Shown: positions 11,478 through 22,300 of the stretch, piece by piece
Numbering within the stretch: the first letter of the stretch is position 1
Layout: each line of letters begins with the position of its first letter
NCBI GenBank assembly: GCA_021613535.1
Contig: CP075494.1
Span: 1,674,001 to 1,738,000, forward strand
DNA length: 64,000 nucleotides
Origin: Adineta vaga
Taxonomy: Eukaryota > Animalia > Rotifera
Direction of reading: 5' to 3'
The notes under the pieces: generated by a model
Databases searched by the model: none
What the model was told of the DNA's origin: nothing
The model's input: only the letters and a program-made list of their open reading frames with translations
Translations under genes and position numbers: made by a program

Positions 11478-12928
11478 TTATTGCTCCCGCCAGACACGCA
11501 GTTGTGGATTATAAAAAAGGTGTACGTCTTTTATCGAATCTGTTAATCGCGTTTGAAGTGTATACATCGGTTCATTGTAATTGCCTTGCCAATGCAAATC
11601 AATATAAACGTCCATGTTACCAGTACTATCATTGATCGGTATTTTATGTTCGATAGATTCTCGACCTGTGAGCTGTTTGGATTCGTATTTCGATAAAGTT
11701 CCTTGTCGAACTCGTATTCTTGCTCTCGAAAAAAGTGTATATGAAATGTCTTGATCAACATCGAGACCCATAATCGTAATTCTTTGTTTTTGAATGATAA
11801 CACGTACTCGTCGATGAAGCTCCCAGTCGGGTATAGAAATGTCTAATTTAGCCATCAATCCTCGCATAAGATCGTCGCATAAGGCGTGAATATTGAGTTG
11901 AGCTAATGGAGCTGATGAAGTCAATTGTAAATTGCCGATAGCTAATTTACCACCATGTTCACTGACTCTTTGTGGAACATACGCTGCTGGTGGAACGAGT
12001 ATTGAAGAGCCTAATACGAGACATACATCGGCTTTTTCTGCGTGTTCAAAACTTGTGTCGAATTCTTGTTGTGAAATACTCTCGCCAAAGTTAATGATCG
12101 AATCGTACAGTGTCGAACTACAATTGGTACATTTACGAGTTGTCTGATGATCGTGATCTTTGATGGCCGTTCGTGTTTGAAAATCACGAAAATATTTCGT
12201 ATGACAGTTCTTGCATATTTCCAAATTCGAATTACCATGAACCTCAGATATCAATGACAATGGCAAACCAGATCTTAGATGAAGCCCGTCGATATTTTGA
12301 GAAACAACAAAGTGCAGAAGATTTCGTCGAGCTAATTCGACTAGTGCCATATGTGTGACTGATGGAATTGCTTTTACTAAACTGACTGTACGAATCGTTG
12401 GAGAACGCTTAGCACCCGGATGATCACGAAGTTCCCACACACCTGGTCCGGTTGGTAGAATCGTATTCATACTGGATCGAAAGTCAGGAATACTATACAG
12501 AAAATTGAATAAATTATATTCGACACCATACTGGGGTGCAAAAAAGAAATAAAACACATTATCTTTATGAATTAGCAAAAGGAATTCACAATCGCATCAT
12601 GGATTCCTATGGACGTACAGGAAAATTTTCAGGAAGAGATATTTACCTATTTTTTAGTGCTTAACTCACTCCTTCTGAGTTTTCGATACAAGTCTATCAT
12701 GAGTTCTACTCACCCGGTAGATGTTGACACGCCGGCACCTATAATAATCACAATTTTAAAAATTACGTTCCGTTATTCGAAACCTTTCTTCGACTTACCA
12801 GTAAACACGATAAAATGCTTTGCATTACGAATCCACTCAGCCAATTGGTCAAGTTTCTGATCGAGAACGTCAGGTGGATCGATAATTTCTTTTTTTGTGG
12901 GATCTTCGTCTGCTATACTATATGCCAT
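11478..12928 (-). CDS. Class IV (SIRT6/7-like) NAD+-dependent sirtuin deacylase, 3 exons
   Basis: Spliced FTG|AGVSTSTG|IPDFRS...GPGVW, SQNIDGLH, EVHGN (catalytic His), CKNC/CTNC Zn ribbon, INFGE, LGSS, GNLQ. Confidence 0.88.
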
Positions 12929-13344
12929 ATCGTACGAATTTGATTAGACTTTTTTCACCGATCACAATCTGAAATCGTTTCAATTTATATATACATCCAT
13001 CTCTATCCTTAACTGCGTGTATGCATTAACGTAGAGTTGTCAACAATACAAACAAAATGTTTGCGCAACAATAGTGTCATCGTTGCTTACGTGCGTCACT
13101 GACAACTGTTGATTTGAGATTGACGCAAAAATTACAGAACTAAAAAAAGAATTGCGCAAGAGAAATACGTGTTTTTTTTCCTGTTCGAAGTTGATTTGAA
13201 AAACGTGCTCTTATTTTTTTACATTATTTTTAGATTGAAAAGGACATTTCTCTCATATTAAAAGACACTGATGATAAATGTCGTTGCTCGTCAGATTCAT
13301 TTTTTATCGAACCTGGTCTTTGCCTATGTTGTTTATAACCATTT

Positions 13345-13412
13345 AGGGTGTGAGTGTGGGTGTGGATATTCAATTCATCCTGAGCTCAAACCTCTGATCC
13401 ACACCTACACCC
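13345..13412. repeat. Telomere-repeat palindrome
   Basis: AGGGTGTGAGTGTGGGTGTGGAT...ATCCACACCTACACCC. Confidence 0.7.
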
Positions 13413-13617
13413 ATCGAACGAAGTCAAAACTGCGAGCACAATATCCTTCTTGATTTTCTACCCTCAGTAGTTTAATACCAGAATAAAATCAAAGCTAATA
13501 TATGTGTTTTCATTCATAAACTTGAATTCTTTTATTTAAAAAATAAAATATAAAAATAAGATTTGAGTATTATTCAGTTGTATCGTTACATTTTTTGGAA
13601 GTTAATTGAAATGTTTT

Positions 13618-14625
13618 TTAACAAAAAATGCGCATAAAAGTCCATTCGACACAAGCATGATCAAGTTTATTTGGATCGTATTGCAGAAGTCGATAGCCAC
13701 TTTGCCATAATTGGGAGAATAAGGACATATGCATAATGCTATGGTATATATCTCGATTCCACCAGTGAGACTCAAAAGATATCTGATATGGCAAGTTCTG
13801 GCTATTTTTGTTTGTCAATAAATCTCTGAATACCGAATATTCTCCACCTTCAATATCCATTTTCAAAACATGTACTTGTGTATGATTGTTTATCTTCAAT
13901 ATTTGTTCATAGTTCATATAGGTCAAGGTAGTCGAAAGCGGATTACCTGACATCTTCCCCGACTCTGGATAGATATAGCGTTGAATGGGTGAATTTTCAC
14001 CTAAACAAATTTTATAAAAACGTAGTCGGTCATATTCTTTTTGCGGAGGAGAACTTGTACAGTCAAAAGTGTACGCTAGGCATTTAGTTTGTCCTAAAAC
14101 CGATTCTTCAAATTGGAAATCATTCGCAGAGCCCAAGCTGTATACCGTACAAGAATCACTTGGAGATAGTACTTCTAAACCACAGATCCATTTTCCAGAG
14201 TCCACTGAAAGACCATAACGTTTCATCTGATTGTTATTATACGGACAGGGTAATAATTCATTGGTTGGATAGAGAATTTCGGGAAACTCTCTTTTCGTTT
14301 TATTAGGAGAGACAACGTATCTTTTGATAAAATCAAACGTTTTTGCAAATCCATCTTGCGTCCATATATAGTGTTTGTGTTCTAAATCTAAGACTAGTTG
14401 TTTTTTATAACCTATGAGGAAAGGATTCTTTTCACACCATTGAAGATCATTTGATATTGTCGTACGATTCTGCTTACTAAAGATGACATGTGAGTTAACT
14501 GAACACGTTTTGTTAGAATCAACAACATATATTTTATAGAAGTAAAGAATCAAGGAAAATACCGTCAGCTGAAGAAAAATCTTGATGTAGTTTTCATTGC
14601 GCATGAACAGGAAAGCCATCATCAC
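13618..14625 (-). CDS. Methyltransf_22/FkbM-like (METTL24-like) methyltransferase, type II membrane
   Basis: N-terminal TM; DSGKWICG, VYSLGS..DFQFE, TFDCT, VLKMDIEGGE, QISFE.H motifs; intronless. Confidence 0.85.
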   Translation of the reverse strand: MMMAFLFMRNENYIKIFLQLTVFSLILYFYKIYVVDSNKTCSVNSHVIFSKQNRTTISNDLQWCEKNPFLIGYKKQLVLDLEHKHYIWTQDGFAKTFDFIKRYVVSPNKTKREFPEILYPTNELLPCPYNNNQMKRYGLSVDSGKWICGLEVLSPSDSCTVYSLGSANDFQFEESVLGQTKCLAYTFDCTSSPPQKEYDRLRFYKICLGENSPIQRYIYPESGKMSGNPLSTTLTYMNYEQILKINNHTQVHVLKMDIEGGEYSVFRDLLTNKNSQNLPYQISFESHWWNRDIYHSIMHMSLFSQLWQSGYRLLQYDPNKLDHACVEWTFMRIFC

Positions 14626-16059
14626 TGTACTTGAATAGAAGAGTATAAGCGTGGAATATGTCCTTGATCTACTTCACGACGAACGATGTAAATAATGTGA
14701 GAATATTTTCAGTCATTCTTTCTTTCTTTCTTTCTCTCTTTTTCGATTGCAAAACTCTAGAGACATTTTTTTTATTTTTCGTTGTCATAGTTTCGCTCTT
14801 TATTGGAAGATTGGTAAAATGAAAACAAAAACGGCGTCTACCAATTTTAAATCACTTTCACTCCTTTTCTAAAAAATCAACTGTTCACGTGGCAGTCGAT
14901 TAGGAGATTTAGTTGAGATTGGAATATAGAACAATAGAGAAAATACTATTTAAATCTATAGTGTTATTTGTGGAGAGAGAAATTTTCGTACGAAAAATAG
15001 ATTTCTTCTCTAGGTAGAACTTAGAATTTTCTTTTGTTCTGTATTTTTAGAAAAATTTTTGCTACCTATTTTTTCCTCTTACGATAAATCGACACATTGA
15101 TTTAAATAAATCTTTCTCTTTTCGAAAATTATTTTGTTACAATTCTTTATTTAAAGTATAGGTCAGACTGCTTCCAAATGCCCCAACGTATAAGAAAGTA
15201 TATTTGTATGCATATAGAATAGATGTTCCAGGCGCATAAAGTATCTTTCAGAAATTTTTTTTTCGAAAATAAAGCTTATGTGAAATATGTTTTTATTGAC
15301 TAATTGGAAATAGAATGGAGTGAGTGGTATACTACTTTAGATATTGATAAAAACTTAGTGAATTTTGTAAACATTTCGAGTAGAGAGTTGATAGAAATAA
15401 AGCAATTGAGTTTGAAGAATATTGTTTTTTAGTACCGTTTGAAATCAAAATAAATTTGAAATAGTTTAGACGGAATGATTCCGAATAGGAGATGAAAATG
15501 TAGAGAGTACAATTCGTTAATGAAGTAAATATTTGTAGATTCCATACATAAAAATATTTTGAAATACAATCTTCTATGGATAACCTAACAAATATAGCGA
15601 AAATGAAACTATTTTTTGGTACTATTTTTTATACGCATTCAAATCTCAACTGAATTCTCATGTCAACTGTGACATCTGTTTGCTAAAACTTAATATTCCG
15701 TTTTTGAATTTGCAATTGCTAACATCCGAAAGATTATATTCGCGATACATCCACACATACGTTTCGTTTCCTTTTCTTTTCAAAGTTTGAAAATAGAAGT
15801 TTGATTAGTTTTTTTTTATTTGTTCTTTTTTTCTTTTCTGTTTAATTTTTGAACAGAACGATTAGACAAACAGAAATGAGAAACCGATTGAAAACTGGTA
15901 GGAATTGAAATTTTGTCATTCTCTCTATGTATTTATCTATGCAAATTATTGCAGAAAATTTCAATTCCACAGAGATCTCATCAAACCTTACTTAATTTCG
16001 ACTAAAGCATTTTTTGTTTTCATTGTAGAGATAAAATAATAGAATATTGCATTTTTTCA

Positions 16060-17149
16060 ATGATTCAACTCCTTACAAAAAATCGTACAAGATTAATTGC
16101 TGCAATAATCGGTGTTTTGATTATGGTATCAATATATAAAGGCGTTTTATTTATTAATGGCATTATACGTGGTACATTTCCATCCTCCTTGTCTTCTAAG
16201 TTGAATGTCAATACAGAAGTTCATGTAATGGAATCGCAAGTGCTCGATACATCCTTCTATTCTTTGGCTTCTTCATGTACATTAGGCGAAAGTAATAATG
16301 AAACTCTTCAACGTGCAAACGAGTTTGATGTAATCTATAAAACACTACGATGGAAAGATGGTGAAAGTGCATCCGGTCCAGGTTCGAATTTAGAAGGTGC
16401 CCTTGACTGGATAAAACATTTAAAATCACTATTTAAATATTTTTCTATTCGATCCATAGCTGATATACCATGTGGAGATACGACTTGGCAATTTTGTATT
16501 CGAGATATTAATACTATCGAACAAGTCTATTTTGGTGGTGATATATCCACACGAATTATAAAACAGAATCAAAAATTGTATGGAACAACACACAAGAATA
16601 AGTTATTTGATTATTGGGACCTTGTTAATTGTGGGATACCAACATTTACATATAAAAATTTGACACACGAATTCCGAAGTAAGTTGATATTCTTGATATT
16701 TCTGTTAATAAGCTAATATTATCTAAATAGGTAATAGTTTTGATTTAATTATCGTCCGTGATGCTCTTCAACATATGAACATTCGTAACGGTTTAAAAGC
16801 CGTACGCAATGTCGTTACGTCAAATGCAAAATACTTCGCGGTAAGCACTTATCCGCCAGAAAAAGCTTCGCCTGACACAGTCACTCGCTCAATAGAGAAA
16901 AATGAAACATTACCTTTAATCCCATCTGGTTGTTCAAAGAAAAATTATTGCAAAGTAGGAAATATTACTGAAGGGAATTGGTATCCCAATAATATCAATT
17001 GTCATCCATTCAATTTTCCATTGAATAAAGCAATTCTTGTACAACCATCTCATAAAATATTTTCCATTGAATACGACGAAATTCATATCTACAAAATTGA
17101 TGATGAGTTAAAAAATATTGTTAAGCATTACGATGACGCATGTATTTAA
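16060..17149 (+). CDS. Class I SAM-dependent methyltransferase (bacterial-type), type II membrane, 2 exons
   Basis: FDVIYK...W...ESASGPGS, IADIPCGD, Y.GGDIS. Intron 16679-16730 restores DLIIVRDALQHM. Confidence 0.8.
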
Positions 17150-18623
17150 ATATAATAAATAAAAGCTTTGTGCAGTATTTACAAAACCAAAGATGATTTC
17201 TCATGAGGATGCTCAGAACGAACTCACAAGGATTAAATACGATTCCTTTAATTATCTAGAATAAAGACAACGTAAGAGTCAGTTCTTTAACCAAGTCTGT
17301 CATATCACAAGCAATATTAAGATTCTCAACAAAAAACAAGATGCTGAATCACAGCACTAAGATGATTAATCTCTCTAATCTCAAAGTGTTCTACGATGAC
17401 AGACAACGCAATTGACACGAATCTCGCACTGTCATTTCACGACTGATAATCAAATACTATCGTTACTTGAGGATACCTTAAGTAATACATAGAGTAAGCT
17501 AATACATGTACTAAATATTTGTCTTTCGATCGACTTTCATAAGTCATAATTATGACTATTTGGCCGTCTATCCTTGCAAACACTCAGATATTTAATTTAT
17601 TTGATTTATTGATCTTTGATGATAAGTTTGTCTTTATTAATTCTTGATTTATCAGATAAACGAGGGTGTTAATAAGATGTTAAATCCCATACATAAATTA
17701 GTGCAGAATTAAGAACTGAATCTTTCGATAGTGATTTCAAGCGATTTTGAGAGTATTTACAGTCATGCTTTCAATTAGGGCTATCAACTGATAGAGTTGT
17801 CATCGTTTAGATTTTCTGGCCAATTTTTTTTACAAGGACACACTATTATATTTTGACTTAAACTATCTATGGCTATTTAACATTAAGAACTACTATGCGG
17901 AAAAAACACAAGTAAAAATGAATATTTCAAAACATTTTTTTATCAGATCATAAAATTGCATCGAAGAAATAAGCAAAAAAAAGAGGGTGGAGATAATTCA
18001 ATACTTATACATACGCCTTCAGAAATATTTGATTTCTGATATTTTACACAGAATAAAAGACTAATATTTAGTTACCGAATTAAAGAGGAAATATATTAAA
18101 ATATAAAGTAACACATTATTTATGTTCTTATATGAAGAGAATTCTTATTTTTCTATTTAGAAGCAGTTCAGCAGAATTACCATCATAAATCGATGAGTTT
18201 AATTCATTTGAGAGGTAAAAATTGAAATTGATCAATGATTATTGAACAGATCTGAAAGTTTGAATAGAACGATAACACCCACCCTCAAGATTGTACTTGA
18301 ATAGAATTTACTGAGTACTCAATAAGAATTTGTTAAATTTAATCATTTATTTACTTGTTTGTTTATGGCTTCTGGCGAATCTATATATTTGTATCATCCT
18401 CCTATATCTAGACATTACTTCAAAAACTTCTGAACTCTGCATTATTACTTACAGCAACCGAAACAACATCAATTTTATGCCAATTAATACATGATTCTTT
18501 TGTTTTCTTATTATTTTAAGGATCATCATATCATGATAGTAGTAAATAATGAATTCAAAAATAATAATATATATGTACATGGAAAATATGAAAATATCGG
18601 AAAGTACTACTAAATACTTGTAC

Positions 18624-18783
18624 TCGTTCGATCGGTGAGTCAATGCCTTACCAACATATCATAAACGTGGTAAACATGATATATTGATATATCAGTTGTG
18701 AAAAGAAAAAATCGTTCGATCTGTGAGTCAACGCTGCATCAATATATCATAAAGGTGATAAACATGACGTATTGAATATGAGT
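18624..18783 (+). repeat. Two-copy ~88 bp tandem duplication upstream of the PDI-fusion gene, each copy with TGAGTCA
   Basis: TCGTTCGATC(G/T)GTGAGTCAA...ATATCATAAA.GTG.TAAACATGA..TATTGA starting at 18624 and 18712. Confidence 0.75.
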
Positions 18784-18842
18784 GCATTCACTTCTCTCTA
18801 AGAATATCATGCGGTAAACAAAACTCGGAGAGAGTATGCCTT

Positions 18843-19333
18843 TATAAAGGACAGTGTTTTCTTGGTTTCGATCATTCTCCCGAAAAAATTATATTTTACA
18901 ATACAAAACACGCCTCTGACTTTAACATTTATAACGCAATTGGAAACGGTAAGTTTCAAGAATTTTTATTTTTTTTAATTACATAGAAGAAAGTATACTT
19001 CTCATTTTAATACCCCGACGATTATTGCTAAGAAAATCCTAGAAAAAAAAAGACAAAAAGATTTCTACTTTTGGTCTCTATTCGATGTATGTGATTATTC
19101 TAAAGTTCCAGAAATTTAGAATAAATCAAGAGCAGTTTTTCTCTATAGGCATACGCTATTCTCATATTTTAAAACAGCAATAGACATATCGTTGTGAATG
19201 ATTTTGGATGGTGAAATTGATCACTCTTACTTTTCTTTTTTTCTCACTTACATACGATTTGCACTATTTTTCATACACAGAGAATATGTTGAATGATTTC
19301 ATATTTTGACTTTCTTTTTGTTTTCATTCATAG
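18843..19333 (+). promoter_or_regulatory. Putative TATA box and 5'UTR intron of the PDI-fusion gene
   Basis: TATAAAG at ~18843; donor CG|GTAAGT at ~18949; polypyrimidine tract plus CATAG acceptor at 19333, 22 nt before the ATG. Confidence 0.5.
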
Positions 19334-19355
19334 ATCATTCTATTGATTATTAAAA

Positions 19356-22300
19356 ATGTTTCCAGGCTCCGTACAAGGAGCACTTTTAGCTGTTGTTATT
19401 ATTCTTACTCAAACAACAGAAAGCCATGTTCTTTCATTAACGAAAGATACATTTGATGATGCTGTGAAGAATAATAGACATTTACTTGTTAAATTTGTTG
19501 CACCATGGTGTGATCATTGCAAAGCATTGTCACCAGCTTATGCCGCTGCTGCTAAGCAACTAGTGGATTCCGGTAGTGATATCAAATTAGCTAGTGTTGA
19601 TGCAACTATTGAACAAGATTTAGCACAAAAATATGATGTTAAAGTTTATCCAACAATCAAATTCCTTAGTGATGGTACAACATTTGACTATACTGGTGGA
19701 CGTGCACGAGATGATATTACTAGTTGGTTGAAGAAGAAAACATTTGTCATCCACCATTATCGAAGAAAAGCACTGAAAAAACGTACGACCACAGTTCTGG
19801 CCCCCTATGTTTATGATCTCGATCCACAAATTGTGATCCAGCAAAATGTGAATCAGAAAGGATTGGTTATTATGGAAGGAAAACTCACAAAACCTTTCAT
19901 AGATGACCATATAAAATTATCTATCAAGTACCAGGATGTACAGGGCAATTGGGTGACAGGATGGTGTAAAACACTTTATTCTTACAATCAATATAATGAA
20001 AATGTAAGAGCTACATTCGAGTTACCTGCATCGGCACTGAACCCTTACAATGTAAAGATCGAATTAAGTTCTAATACGAACCTTTCCAACTTCAACAGTG
20101 TTGTTTGGGACAAAACGATCAGACATTACAAATTAGGTGACTACATCGCTACAAATTGTGATCTAGACGAAAATGAATATACCATCCTTTTAACACCGAA
20201 AAAAGATGGTACTTTGATCACAGACACTAATGGAAAAGTTACAGGAGTAAAAGACAGGGTGACAACCGCCCATTCCTGGAACAGACTGAACATTGGATAT
20301 TCATTGGATAATAAAAAGAATGATGTAGTCTTCTCACCTACAAATCCAGCGACCTTGTTTACCGACACCAATGGTGCCAAATCCATTAAAATGGTCAATC
20401 AGGGAGTTATTAGTGACACTTTGGGTTCCACCCCTGAATTTATTTACAATGTAGGTCCGGGACATCCAATTCCGTATTTATATAGTTATGAAGATCCTGT
20501 ATATATGTTCGCGGGCAAATTTTCAGTAAACGGATTTTTCATAAAATTCAGTCAATGGCCCGGTGAACCAAATGGTCCAGGATATCATAATTTTAAAAAT
20601 CCTAACAGTCTTCAAAGTAGATATTTCAATTTATACAATACTATAAGTGAAAAGTTATCTGATTTTATCAGTGATCAGGAGCCAGTAGTATTTGTATCAA
20701 GTATGACTACAGGTTTCCGAGTTTATAAAAGTAATGGAACTTATATAAACCTTACAGGCTATAGCAACTATGGTCCGTTATATTTTGGATATGGTAATGA
20801 TCAGGGAGGCGGTCGTAGAGGACCCGGATCTGAAAACTTTATCGTTTCAAGTACTTCCGAAATGACATTATATGGAATGGGTGCATTACGAAATGACTTT
20901 GTGAATTTTACTCCGGGATACCCATCCATCCGATCAATGCAGGATATTGAAAAAGAAATCTCTAAATTCATCAGATATGCTGGCATCTTCGGAAATACCA
21001 CTGCTTATGATGACACTTCAGAATGTGCAGGCGGATGTTTTGCAGCAAATCCTGGGGCTGTTTCAGATTATGTGATGTTAGACTGGGCTAAAGCACCAAA
21101 CAGCTACATTTTCACAGGAAAAGATAAAAACGGAAATGATGCTGACGGTCTTTACATTCCTGTAAAAAAAGCTTATGAAATGTGGTCTAAAGGTGGTGAA
21201 TTCATGAGAGACGAAAACGGAAATTACACTCCTATTCCGTCTGGAACTGCTACAGCTGGTTTGTATTGGGAGGATGAACCCGGTTTGATCAAGTCTATTA
21301 CTTTACAAGGAACAGGTGAAAATGCTAAGATTAAAGTCTTAGTTAATAAACTTAAAGAAGGAAATGCCGTAGTATCTTATCGAGTAGATGATAAAGTTTA
21401 CTGGACTTGGCACGTTTGGGTAACAGATGATCCAACCGTGAATGGTAGTACTTACCGTCTGGGTTTCGAGAAAGATAAAAATGGAAATCCTGTTACAAAC
21501 TGGAAATGGATGGACAGAAATCTAGGTGCAACAAGTGCAAAATTCTTAGGTAACAACTGGCATAAATCTCAAGGGTTACAATATCAATGGGGAAGAAAAG
21601 ATCCATTCCCTGCTCTTATACATAAGGACGGAACGATGTATGAGATTTCTGGAGAAATTGGTAACATTAGATACGTAGGAGCTGTTTATACCACAGGATC
21701 AACTTCTGCATTACCGGTAAAATACAGAGGAAACTTATACCCACAAGACAATACGGGATATGACACTCCGAGCGGAAATATTCGTTATTCTGTTCAGCAT
21801 CCGATCCACATGATCATTCCGCCACTCTATGTCAAGAAATATAATGAAACGGTGATTGATAACGATGAAAACATGTTTGTTCAAAACAGTGCTAATTCAT
21901 GGTATCATCAACAACGAACAACATGGTTCTCTAAACAGAAATACAGAAATGATTTCAACAGTGCCGATCCTTCACAGAACGTTGCATGGGATCTTTGGGG
22001 TGACACTCGTGGTGGCAAGATAAGTGACCTAAATAACCCTCAATTAGCAGAAGAAAGTAAGCGCTACGCAATGAAATCTCCTTATGACCCTTGTCCGTGT
22101 AACTGGAGAGTACCATCATTCTATGATAATGTTGGCAGTCCTAACAATGACAATAACGCTTCACCTTGGGGAAGAATTGGAGGCGCGAATGATGTGGACA
22201 CCTTTACTTCTAATCCTTCAACATCAAGTACAAGATTCCCTGGAATTAAGATATATCCCGGTTTAGGATATGATTTTACAGGCGTTGCAGGTCGTAATTT

